Below are positions 38,607 through 48,758 of a stretch of DNA of 64,000 nucleotides, in pieces. A program made the translations under genes and the position numbers. Numbering within the stretch: the stretch's first letter is position 1; each line of letters opens with the position of its first letter. Source of the DNA: Emiliania huxleyi CCMP1516. Lineage: Eukaryota. The DNA lies in NCBI RefSeq assembly GCF_000372725.1, contig NW_005202428.1, forward strand, positions 2,181,249 to 2,245,248, written 5' to 3'. Under the pieces are notes generated by a model. That model was not told the DNA's origin, ran no database searches, and was given only the letters and a program-made list of their open reading frames with translations.

Positions 38607-40301
38607 TCAGTCGTTGACATCGCCATCTACCCACGGAAAGTCCCGCTCGATGCCACGGGCTTGCAACGGCACCGAGCTGACTCCATACACGCTCAGGTAG
38701 CAAAGCCAGCCCGTGTGCCCGAGGGCCATGCCCCAGTAGAGCAGCGCCATCACCGCGCCCGCGGCACAGAACCAGTTGACTACCGCCTTGCTCTTGATGG
38801 CCCTCGCCATCCACCGCATCACATGGACCATGACCGGGTCCTCGACGTAGTTCACAAATGCGGCCGCAAACGTGTACAGGCAGAGCAGAAAGGTGACGAA
38901 GTAGACGGCCTGGTTGGGCGAGTCGCGCGGCAAGTTGAAGATCCCGCTCGTGTCGCCCTCGTCGCTCGCCTTTGGCACGCCATCGAGTGTGGGCACGTGC
39001 GAGGTCAGCTCCTTGAAGATCTTTGCCCACGACTCTTGGAACAAGTACACCTGAAAGGAGACCTTGCCGATGCCAGAGAGGACTGGCGAAGAAACGAAGT
39101 CGATTACGGGCCCAAAGGATGCACCCTTGACCTGCCCGAGCTCCGTCGCGCGGGCGACAGCCGTGCACGAAGCGTACATCCACAGCGCAAACAGAGGCGC
39201 AGGCACCGCCTCGTAAAACACGCTCCTGCCCGAGCAGCGGCCGTGCACCACGCCCACGTCGATCGGCTCGTCGGGCGCGCAGTCGGGCATGACTCCGATC
39301 CAGCCGTTGCCGCCGGGGAGCGCCGAGTTTGGGAGAGAAGCGAGAACAGGCACTAAAAGCACGGCGACCGTTGCCACTGCGCTCCATCCGTACATCTCCT
39401 TGTGCCAGCCTCGGCGGCAAAGGAGGCCGCTCGAGAGGCCGAGCAGGTACTCTGGGAAGAGGAGCACGGGCGAGAGGTGCAGCACCTGCGCCAACTTCTG
39501 CCAGCCTGGATCCGTCGGTCCGTATCCGACCCACCACTGCTCGGCAGCCGGGCCCAACACACGCGAGGACAACACAAAGAGCGTGACGGCCCAACAGAGC
39601 ACGACCGACAGTACGACGACGAACAGCAGCTGCCGATTGCTGGCAGATCTCAGGCATGGCTGGAGATAAGGGTAGGCGAACCAGAGGCAAACGAGCGTTG
39701 ACACGGTCCAGCTCGTTGCGTTGATCATGCCGTACTGGTTGAAGCACGCTTGCGCCATCAGCAGGTTGGTCAGCAGGCCCTTGGTCGGCGAGCAGTTTGA
39801 CTCGCCCTCCTCACCCCACCCGAAAAGGTTGTGCTCGAAGCCGCCGTAGTTGCACGTCGGGGGGAGGATACGCCAGCCGTGCTCGCGGTAGTATGGATTA
39901 AAGAGGAGCGTCACACCCATTTGGAAGAGCAAGGCGCAGTAGTATGTCAACCCAACGCGGCCAAAGCGGCGGATGTAAAAGCTAGTCTGCGCAACCCCGT
40001 CGAAGTCGCGCTCGCCGTAGGCATAGGACATCACAAAGCCACTCAGCACGATGAAGTACGAGACGGGCGCGTTGCCTTTCGAAAAGAGCGGCGCAAAGTG
40101 GCCACCAGCGTAGTCTCCAGTTTCGAGGGTCGACGCATGGTGCTCCATCACCACCCAGAAGCTGCAAAAGGTGCGGCATCCATCGAGGTGGTCGAAGCGC
40201 GCACGCACTGGCTTCGGCTTGGCCGACGCTGGCGCCGGAGGCGCTGCCCCTTCCACGTCCGTCTTCTCAGAGACCGGCGCGGCATCGCGCTGTGTCTGCA
40301 T
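38607..40301 (-). CDS. Acyltransferase family 3 (OafA-like) membrane O-acyltransferase, intronless
   Basis: FDHLDGCRTFCSFWVVMEH, VSYFIVLSGFVM, FYIRRFGRV, NATSWTVS, GIGKVSFQVYLFQ. Confidence 0.9.
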   Translation of the reverse strand: MQTQRDAAPVSEKTDVEGAAPPAPASAKPKPVRARFDHLDGCRTFCSFWVVMEHHASTLETGDYAGGHFAPLFSKGNAPVSYFIVLSGFVMSYAYGERDFDGVAQTSFYIRRFGRVGLTYYCALLFQMGVTLLFNPYYREHGWRILPPTCNYGGFEHNLFGWGEEGESNCSPTKGLLTNLLMAQACFNQYGMINATSWTVSTLVCLWFAYPYLQPCLRSASNRQLLFVVVLSVVLCWAVTLFVLSSRVLGPAAEQWWVGYGPTDPGWQKLAQVLHLSPVLLFPEYLLGLSSGLLCRRGWHKEMYGWSAVATVAVLLVPVLASLPNSALPGGNGWIGVMPDCAPDEPIDVGVVHGRCSGRSVFYEAVPAPLFALWMYASCTAVARATELGQVKGASFGPVIDFVSSPVLSGIGKVSFQVYLFQESWAKIFKELTSHVPTLDGVPKASDEGDTSGIFNLPRDSPNQAVYFVTFLLCLYTFAAAFVNYVEDPVMVHVMRWMARAIKSKAVVNWFCAAGAVMALLYWGMALGHTGWLCYLSVYGVSSVPLQARGIERDFPWVDGDVND

Positions 40302-40850
40302 TTCGCGTGCAATTCGTGCAATTCGCGTAAAAATGGCTAATCGGCTCGAATCGCCAGACGGGAGGAAAAGAGCGCTATGGAAGAACCGCGAGGCCCGAAG
40401 CAACGGGCGCTGCTCCGTTCGCTGCACGCTGGAAGTCCCAATGCATGTCCTATAGCTAGTATTAATTATTAGAAGCAGGATGCGTATCAGTGCATCGAAG
40501 CAACTCCAACTGACTGCCTGAGCTGCCCGCGCATGGTCGCCTGGACGCGTGCAGCAGCCTGGCTAGAGCGACCCTAGGCCATAGCGAGGCCGGCCCGCAC
40601 GTCCGTCCGCCGAGCGACGCTCGCTCCGAGATCGCCCGAGATAGCGCGGCGCGGCCCCGAGATCGCCCGAGATTGCGCGAGATCGACCGAGATCGCGCGG
40701 CGCGGCCCGAGGCGAGGTGGATGGGTTGGGAGCAAGGGGGCGGAAGTGATCAGTGCGGTAGAGGGTCAGATCGGGGCGCGTGAGCCGGACTTGTGAGCCG
40801 GGGGCCTTCATTTCTCTCTGCGTCCTTGCTGCGCTTGCTGGGCGTGCACC

Positions 40851-42068
40851 ATGGGCGACCCTGTTCGAACATGGCTGGGCCAAATGCAGATGCGAGGCTT
40901 CGGGAGCGAGGCGTTTGACGCGGAGCTCGCCGATGCTCGAGCTGGTGGCCACCTCAACGAGCCGCGCCCATACATCTTGGACGCGCTGCGGAATGTTCCC
41001 ATGAAAAAGCCGGGCCAGCAGCCGACGATTTTGATGATCAAGTGCCATTTAGCCAAAACCGTTGGCGAAATCAGCCTCCAACGACTCGTCCACTACATGG
41101 GCAGCTTCCCGGAGCGTTTCGTGCTCACGGGCGTCGGCGCCATGGCTACAGTGCGGGAGGTGGGCGGCGCCGACAATGCGGACGCCGTGGCCGCTGCCAC
41201 CGCGGCCAGGGACGCCGAGCGAGGAGCGGCACGTGAAGCCAAGGGCGCGAGCTCACGCATCCACGTCTGGACGGGCGGCGTTGGCCCGGGCATGGGCATG
41301 TGGACGTGGGGGAACAAAAAGATTGACGACAGGGAGGGCGAGCGCCGCGACCGCAACCCCGCAAAACTGCCGTGGCGGCCGGCGGTGCCGGCGTCCACGC
41401 GCGAGGAGCGCGACGACAATCGGCGCATCCTACATCTTCTCGAGAAGCGCGAGGACTGCCGCAAGCGCAACGACTGGATCGGTGCCGACCGGCTGCTCGA
41501 TGAGCTGCGCAGCGTGTACAAGGTACACCTCGATGACCGCGAGCGCACCTGGGCCTTCCCTCGTGACCCGCGGAAGAGGCGTGAACACGGCGCCCCGCCG
41601 CCGCCGTCGTCGGGCGAGCCGCAGGGCCACCGCCGCGACCGCAGCCGCAGCCGCAGCCGCAGCTCGAGGCGCGATGACAGGAGGACTCGCGATGAGCGGC
41701 GGGCCGGCGGCGGCGACGACCGGTGCGCCAGCGATCCCAGGTGGGACAGCGAACGCTGGCGCGTCAGCGGTCGTGACCGGCCGGGCGGCGACGACCGGCT
41801 CGACAGCGATGCCAGGCGGGGCAGCGATCATGACCGGCGGGGCAGCGAACCTTACCGGCGCGGCAGCAATCATGACTGGCGCGATGACGGGTGGGGCAGC
41901 GACGATCGGCGGGCCGGCGGCGGCGACGCTTGGCCTTCGCGAGTCTTGCACCCCGACAGCTTCCGCGAGTCTTGCACCCCGACGATCGGCGGGACGGCGG
42001 CGCTCGAGCGCGTCTCGACCGAGCAGCTCGAGGCGGAGCTGCGGCGGCGCGGCGGGCGGGCTTCTTAG
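40851..42068 (+). CDS. Hypothetical, probably RNA-binding protein with a CysRS anticodon-domain-like helix and an RS/RD-rich tail
   Basis: LLEKREDCRKRNDWIGADRLLDELRSVYKVHLDDRERTW resembles the CysRS C-terminal R..AR..KDF..AD.IRD.L motif; RSRSRSRS tract. Confidence 0.6.
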   Translation: MGDPVRTWLGQMQMRGFGSEAFDAELADARAGGHLNEPRPYILDALRNVPMKKPGQQPTILMIKCHLAKTVGEISLQRLVHYMGSFPERFVLTGVGAMATVREVGGADNADAVAAATAARDAERGAAREAKGASSRIHVWTGGVGPGMGMWTWGNKKIDDREGERRDRNPAKLPWRPAVPASTREERDDNRRILHLLEKREDCRKRNDWIGADRLLDELRSVYKVHLDDRERTWAFPRDPRKRREHGAPPPPSSGEPQGHRRDRSRSRSRSSRRDDRRTRDERRAGGGDDRCASDPRWDSERWRVSGRDRPGGDDRLDSDARRGSDHDRRGSEPYRRGSNHDWRDDGWGSDDRRAGGGDAWPSRVLHPDSFRESCTPTIGGTAALERVSTEQLEAELRRRGGRAS

Positions 42069-42238
42069 TTGGGCGCACGAAGGGAAGGCGGGGCGGACAC
42101 ATGGCAGCGGAGCTTCCAGGGGCGCGCGTGTCGTACTCTCGCAACTCCCAACCACCGTCCTGTGCCGCACGGCGGCCAGTGCACCAGCCACCACCTCTCG
42201 CGCAGTCCTAGATTCCTCCTGCTCTGATCTCTCCCCGT

Positions 42239-43391
42239 CAGTGCTTGCCATTTACTGGTAAATGAGTGGTATTTACCACTTATTTGATTCTCCTAGGGAG
42301 TGGTATGGTATGAGCAGAGAGTGGTATGGTAAAATACCGAGCACAATACCGACCGCCCACCAGCCGGGCGCAGCGGCCGGCTGGGCGCCGGCCGCCGGTG
42401 GACCCCCCACTAGCCACTACGACCGCCCCCCATCCAGGAGAAGAGCGTGGCGGCCATGATGCCATCGCCATCGCCCGCCTCCTCCCCCGCACCAGCCGCA
42501 GGGCCAGCAACCTGGGGCATGGGGGCTCCGCCGCCGCCGCCACTCCCCATCACCGCTGTCCGCAGCGCCGACCAGCTCCGCCAAGGCAGGTGCTCCACAC
42601 TTGGCTCTCGTAGCGCCTGCGCGAGCTCTGCGCCCACCACTCCTCGATGATCTCCTTCACCGGGATCTTTGAGGGGTCCTTCCACTCGGCGCCGAGCGAG
42701 CAGATGGTCATGAGCAACCGCATTCCTAGGACTAGCACATATGAGTACGGCAAACTGGGTGGGCTCAACCCCAATCTAGCCATACAGTCTAGCTACGCCG
42801 CCTGCTCCAGGCCCTCCTCAACTCGGCAACTGCCGCATTTGTTGCTTGCTGCTCCGCCTGACGATGCTTCCGCAGTGCGCTGTTGTGTCGGTGTAGCCCT
42901 CGTCATGTCCACACTGAACTTCTGCACTTGCCGCGCGTGAGGTAGCAAATGGCCTTGTCGGCAGCAGCCAGCTTATTGCGCCGCTTCTTTGCAATGAGCT
43001 GCTCGGATCGCAGAAGCGCATGCCGAGCACTGCCTCGATCTTGAAGATGAACGTTGGAACAGCCGCGTCGTCCGCACCGCAAGCCGTGCCTGGCGCAGCG
43101 CCGCGGCCACTCTCTGGCACTTGCAGCGGCAGCACATGGTGCGGTGCGCATACTTGAGCAGGCGGGTCGCGCCGCAGTTGGCACAGGGGCCCTGGTTGTA
43201 TTGCAATAGCAATAGGGCGAGCGCGACGTCGAACCCGGGTATTTCTCGGGTATACCTGAACTTTTGCAGGTATACCCGGGTTTTACCGGGGTTGCCCCGA
43301 GTCGGGTGGTAAATTTTACCACCGTTTGATTGTTTTGTCCGGAGAGTGTTTGATTGTTCTGGGGGGCTATACCAGTAAATGGCAAGCACTG
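42239..43391 (-). mobile_element. Non-autonomous hAT DNA transposon (internally deleted), 1153 bp
   Basis: Perfect 22-bp TIR cagtgcttgccatttactggta / taccagtaaatggcaagcactg. 8-bp TSD ctccccgt at 42231-42238 and 43392-43399. Minus-strand remnant MRLLMTICSLG...EIIEEW resembles a hAT C-terminus. Confidence 0.92.
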
Positions 43392-43519
43392 CTCCCCGTA
43401 CTCCGAGCTGTGAGGTGTGAGTAATTAAATAAATAAAGGGATCTTCAATCGACAATCCGGCCCCTGGTCACTAACTACCCGACACACTAGAAGAGCGGCG
43501 AGAGTTGGGGCTGACTCAC

Positions 43520-44263
43520 TCACCACACCGCTCGCCCGCTCCACGTGCCGTTAGTAGCGGCTCGCTTGAGCCGGACCGTCCCACTGACCCAGTGCACCAT
43601 CGGCGGCGCATGGTGGTGGCCGGGCCGTGCGCGATATTTTGACGTGTACGCACCGCGCATGTTGACCGACGGCGAGGCCGGGTCGCGCTGGTCCTTCATC
43701 CAGCACTCGCCGCGCGTGTGCTTGTGCGCGTCGGGCGCGAAGCAAACCTAAAACTCAAGGGAAGGTGCTTCTCCGCACAGTCTGATCCACGCTGCAAGCG
43801 TGTGGCCAGTTGCCTCCTCGGGGCAAAAGACCCACGAGTTGCACTTCACGTGCGCTCGGCACTTGGCGCAGCACTCGGCGGCAGTCGCAACGTGCTGCGA
43901 TGGGTCGAGACCCCAGTTCCACGCGCGCGTGCCATCGTAATCGGCGTGCATCTCTGTACCGCACTCATCGGCCTATCTGGCGTTCCGGGTCGTGACTCTT
44001 ACCAGACTCTGCCTCCTCCTCTCTCCTGCGGCACTTCTAAACCGGCGGCCGCCAACTGTATCGATAGTAGCCGAGAGGGTCAAGACTTTCGCCGGCCGCC
44101 GCAGCCGCCGCAATTTGCTCCGCGTCTCGTCGCGCCCGCTTGCGAGCTCCGCGCACACCAGCGCACGAGCATGGAGACTGAAGGAGGGCGAGCAGCAGCA
44201 GGGCGAAAGCGCGCATAGACGCACGACACAAACGATAGCCGCCAACCACGATAGCCGCCCCAC
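43520..44263 (-). CDS. Secreted PAN/Apple-domain protein, multi-exon, start uncertain
   Basis: HADYDG..AWNWGL...VATAAECCAKCRAHVKCNSWVFCPE, then CFAPDAHKHTRGECWMKDQ...VNMRG...HWVSG. Confidence 0.75.
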
Positions 44264-44448
44264 TTGACATCAACCTATCTGTCTGTGAACAGAGGCCCGG
44301 GGTTGTGCGTTTATGTGAACAGAGGACTTCGGAAAATCGAAACATAACGGAGATTCGACAAGATTCATCATTTCAAAAAAAGAACTCGGTCGCACTGGCG
44401 ATTCAGTGCCCTTTCCTGCTGGATCGTCGAGCCCGGCATCGCGCATCG

Positions 44449-46423
44449 ATGTATATGCGGCTCCCCGCGCCTGCGCTAGCCCCCGCCTGGCACGCCGCCA
44501 ATGTTCTGGCGCGCAGCGGCAGCGTAGCCAGCTCCGAGGTCCGGCTCGACGACGCGGACTCAGCGCTCGACCTGCAAACACTGAGCTTCTTAGTGGGAGC
44601 CGCGGCGTTGTGGGGCACCTATCCGACCTGCGTCAAGCTGCTCTACTCGGCGGGCCCTCCGCTCGACCCGAGCATCGTTGTGCTTCTCCGCTTCATAATC
44701 ATGGCCGCTGTCTCGTGCTCCGCGCTGTTCGCGACCACGCCGCGCTTCACGCTCCTCCGGCGCTACGTCACGGCCGCTGAGGCGGCGTCGATGGCGTGGT
44801 CGGAGCAGCTGGAACGGCGTGTACCGGCGAGCGTCTACGTGGCGGCGCTCGAGCCTAGATGCGGAGGACAGACCCTCTTCCCCGACCAGAGCGCGAGAGG
44901 ACACGTCGTTCTGTGTTGCGCTGTGTTTAGCCGTATTCAGACCCTCGCAGGCGCTCGAGCTTGGTATCCTCGGAGGGCTGGGCACCTTCCTGCAGACGCT
45001 CTCGCTCTCGCAGATCCCGGCGCTCACCGCCGCGGTGCTGTACTCGACTGTCAACGTGATCACCCCGGCGCTGGCGGCGCTGGCGGGAGCGAACGCACAG
45101 GAGCGGGAGGTGAGCGCGCGGACGTGGGCCGGCTGCGCCCTTGGCCTGATCGCGTCCTGCTGGGCCCTCGTCCCTGACGTGGGCCTGCTGCCGCAGGTGC
45201 GGGACACGTCCGAGACACGTCATAGACACGCCCGAGACACTCGCGTCGCTGCTCTCGCCAGTCACGCAACGCTTCGCTCTCACCCGCCGACTCGCCGCCC
45301 GGCGTTTCCCGCTCCGCAGTCGCTGCCGGCGAGCGTCGGCGGCGGCGAGGGCACGATGCTGGCGGCGAGCTTCTGCTATGCGGCGAGCAAGGTGCCGCGG
45401 GAGACGGCCGTCCCACCTCGCTTGAGCCGTCCCTCTCCTCCGCTCCCTCCCGAGCACTCCCTCCCTCCGCTCCGAGGTGCGGCTCAGCTCGCACCTCCGC
45501 CACCACCCGCCCGACGACATCGCCGTCGGCCGCCTCGTCGGCCAGGCCGGCTGCGCCGCAGCCTTCCTCGGCTTGGTCGACAAGACGCAAGCCGTGCACG
45601 AGCTGCTGCCAGAGCAGGCGCCCCCCCCCCCCTCCCCCGTCCCCCCTCACCGCTCGCCCTTTGCCCCCAGCCCAGACCCCCCCCCCTTCAGTGCAGCACT
45701 GCACCGCAGCCCTCGCCGCCCCTTGCCCTCGCCTGCAGACGCCCCCCCCTTGCCCGAGCAGGCGGGCGGCCTCGCCGAGCCTGCAGACGCCGTCCTCGCC
45801 GAGCTGGTCACTTGGGCGAACGGTTTCACGCCGCAGCAGCTCGGCGAGACCGCCGAGAGACCGCCGAGAGACCGCCGAGGGGGCCTCCCGCCGCAGTAGC
45901 CCAGCCTTGCACCACCCCTCCCTCCTCCTCGCCTCGCTCCCCTCGCCTCGCTCCTCCTCGCCCTCGCCGTGCGCCGCCTTCCCACGCCTCGTGCGCACGC
46001 GCCTTAATGCACAGGCCTCCTCCTCGCCTCCTCCCTCCTCTCCGGCGCGGGAGCGACCTGGTTCCAGTCCAACGGGCAGCGAAAGGCGTCGGCGCCAAAG
46101 GCGCAGCTCTGGTGCGCGCCTGCCCGCCCCTCCTCCTGCCGCCCCCCTCCCCCCCTCCCCCCCCCTCGCCCCTCGCCCCTCCTCTTCACTTGGTCTCGTG
46201 TGGTGGCAGGTTTGCGATGACGCCCGTCTTTGGCGCCGTCTGGGCGTACCTCATTTTGGGCGAGGCGCTCACCTACCACGAGTGCACGGGCGCGGCGCTC
46301 GTCGTGGGAGCCATCGTCCTCTCCATCCCGCCGCCTCGCGACCGCAGTCAGGCGGCGGCGGCGGCGGCGGCAGCAGACGCGGAGGCGGAGCCGGCGGGCG
46401 GGGCCCCTCGCGAGAGATTGTGA
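44449..46423 (+). CDS. EamA/DMT family transporter, multi-exon
   Basis: AAALWGTYPTCVK...LRF, ALELGILGGLGTFLQTLSL, AMTPVFGAVWAYLILGEALT..ECTGAALVVGAIVL. Confidence 0.85.
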
Positions 46424-46653
46424 CGAGTTTTTTGCGCTGACTGTGCGTCTATTACATACATAAACTTAAACAACAAATATGAACACGCCCGGGGGCACAC
46501 TAATCGACTCGTTCCTTGGATGGTGGCCGCCAGAAAAAAGGAAAAGTTCGTGAGAACGAAAAGCACAAAACGCGGAAACGAAAAAAGTCGAGCGTTCCAA
46601 TTCTTGTTTTTCGGGTCTAACTCGTACGTCCACAGCGGCGTTCACAACGAAAC

Positions 46654-47219
46654 ATGATCGACGACGAGTATCGCTCCGCGCGCGGCCGGCCCGGCGTCTT
46701 TGCAGGCACGTCCGTCCGCCTGGTGCTGCTCACGCTCTGCGCGGCTCTCTGCGTGCACTCGGCGCTGGCGTGGCCAGCGGCGAGCATGCTCTCGCTGGCG
46801 CGCGCCTCGCTCGCCCGCGCTGAGGCTGAGGAGGAGAGGAGCGTGATCAAGCTTGGCCGCAACCGCGCGGCGGCTGCCAGCGCGCAGCGCCGTGCCGCAT
46901 CGGCACGCGCCTCCAACACACCACTCGCAAACGGAAGCCTCGCCCACCTGTGCCGCACCCGCCGCCTTCTCACTCTCCCTACGGTCCGGCGGTGCACTAC
47001 GCGTCGCTTAACGCTCGCCTCCCGTGCCATCAGATGACTGCCGAGCTCGAGAGGTTGCGTGCGGCCGAGGATGCGGCACGGACACAGCTCGAGGCCCTCG
47101 GGGGCGTCGACGGCCGCGGCCGCGGCGTTGGTCTTGGAGGTGGCGACTGGATCCCTCACGGCCTCGCGGTCCCGGTTGCGGGGCTGCACGGGAGCACGGC
47201 GACAGGGACGATGGCATAG
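46654..47219 (+). CDS. Small hypothetical protein (TM plus coiled coil), probably 2 exons
   Basis: Hydrophobic VRLVLLTLCAALCVHSALAW; second exon MTAELERLRAAEDAARTQLEALG. Confidence 0.45.
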
Positions 47220-47453
47220 GTCCTAGATCCTAGGGTAGAGCAGTGGTGCCAGTGGGCGATTGATGGAAACGAGGAAGACGGTCCGGGATTTCCGGTCTTT
47301 GATTTCCTCGGTTCCCCGCCCGAACCGATTTGAGAATCCCTAAAAAAAATCTCTGTGGCGGAAACTTGCGGTCGCTGGACGTTGTTGGTTTCATCTAGGC
47401 TGGGACCATGCTAGGCGCTGGCCCGCACATGTTCTGCAGCTTGGTGTGCCAAA

Positions 47454-47545
47454 CTCGACACCTCGACACCCCTCGACACCGCTCGACACCGCTCCAGCAC
47501 CGCTCGACACCACCTCGACACCGCTCGACGCCACCTCGACACCTC
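47454..47545. repeat. Tandem repeat (CTCGACACC(G/A))n
   Basis: About 9 units read directly. Confidence 0.9.
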
Positions 47546-48195
47546 TGATGATCCTAACACGGAGACTCCCAACTATCTGATGATCCTAACACTAGAAGAC
47601 ACAGCGAGGCTGGCCTTTTGGAGGGCCCCCCCTTCCGCCGGACCGTTTCCCTCTTTCCCACTCCTTCCGCTACAGTGCCGCTACTCTCTTTTTCTTTTCC
47701 TTCTCCGGGCCCCTACCGTAGATCCCATCTACGATTCCAGTATTGTGTTTTCGTCTTCGCCTTAATAAATTTCTTTTCCATCCGGTCGAGAGGGACGCCT
47801 CATTCAGGCACGCCTTCCTGCCGCTCGTGCTGCACCGCTCTCCGGCTCAATTCGCCGCTGCGCAGAAGCCCACAAGCACCCGCAAGGTTAGCTCGATGGA
47901 CGCAAGGTTAGCTCCATGCGCATCACAAATCTTACGAACGGTCGACCCATCTGGCATCAGAGCCACAATCCGAGGGTATCGCGCCGCAACCCCGCGCATT
48001 TCGCCCCAGCAGAGGCTGCAGCAGATGAGCGATGTGGAAAAAACACCACTGTAAAGTGGAGAGTACTTGGGGTTGAGTGGGCTTGCTTGCTCTCTACGCC
48101 AGAGAGCAAAAATATAACAAAAGAAATCTCCTTGGCGGGAACTCACCTTGTGCGAAAATCTTGCACTCTCTTCTCATCGTGTCACACGCACCCAG

Positions 48196-48650
48196 TGTAG
48201 AAGAATTTAAACAAGACAACTCTCTCTCACAGCACACAGGCTCGACACAGGTGCGAACTGGCGCGTGCTAGTACTATCACCGGCACACCACCGGAGCCGC
48301 CTAAGCGACTCCGTTAAGAACGGCAATGCACTTAGCTCCGTGCACAATGCCGCTGTCCCCGCACGCTAGCACCTAGCTCGTTCACCGTCTGCCACGCCAC
48401 GCCCACGGCGGTGTGGAGAACGACAGACAAGCGCTGCATCTGCAGCCCGTGCCAGTTCTTGGTGGTCCATGTGACCTCATCGAGGTGCTGAGCGTGCGAA
48501 AGTTTGTTACTCAGCTGGTCCGCCGCCTGCCGAAGAATTCTGCGGACGCCGTCCCCGAAGCCGCCGAACGTCTCGAAGTCGAGCAAACGCAGGTCGCAAT
48601 TCTTCTCCCGCGCGAACCGGTAGTCGCCCTTCTTGTAGGGGGCCGTCACA
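48196..48650 (-). mobile_element. 5'-truncated RLE-type non-LTR retrotransposon 3' end (ORF tail plus 3' UTR)
   Basis: KKGDYRFAREKNCDLRLLDFETFGGFGDGVRRILRQ...QMQRLSVVLHTAV parallels the 27.7-28.0 kb fragment. The 3' UTR is shared with 17430-17505. Confidence 0.72.
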
Positions 48651-48758
48651 GGTGCCCCTGCCTCCGCCTCCGCCTCCCCCTCACTCTTCCCATTCCTCCT
48701 CTTCCGCCGCCGCCGTGTAGAAGAATCTGTGGCGGGAACTTCGCGGACGTTGTGGTTC

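Noticed and set aside
38560..40580. Inverted repeats (ctagcgctctag / ctagagcgaccctag) flanking the acyltransferase as a transposon
   Set aside because: The match is short and gapped, and no target-site duplication was found.
47543..47600. Two CTGATGA motifs in a 17-bp direct repeat (tctgatgatcctaacac) suggesting hammerhead ribozymes
   Set aside because: No GAAA after stem II and no stems I/III could be built; kept only as a short duplication.
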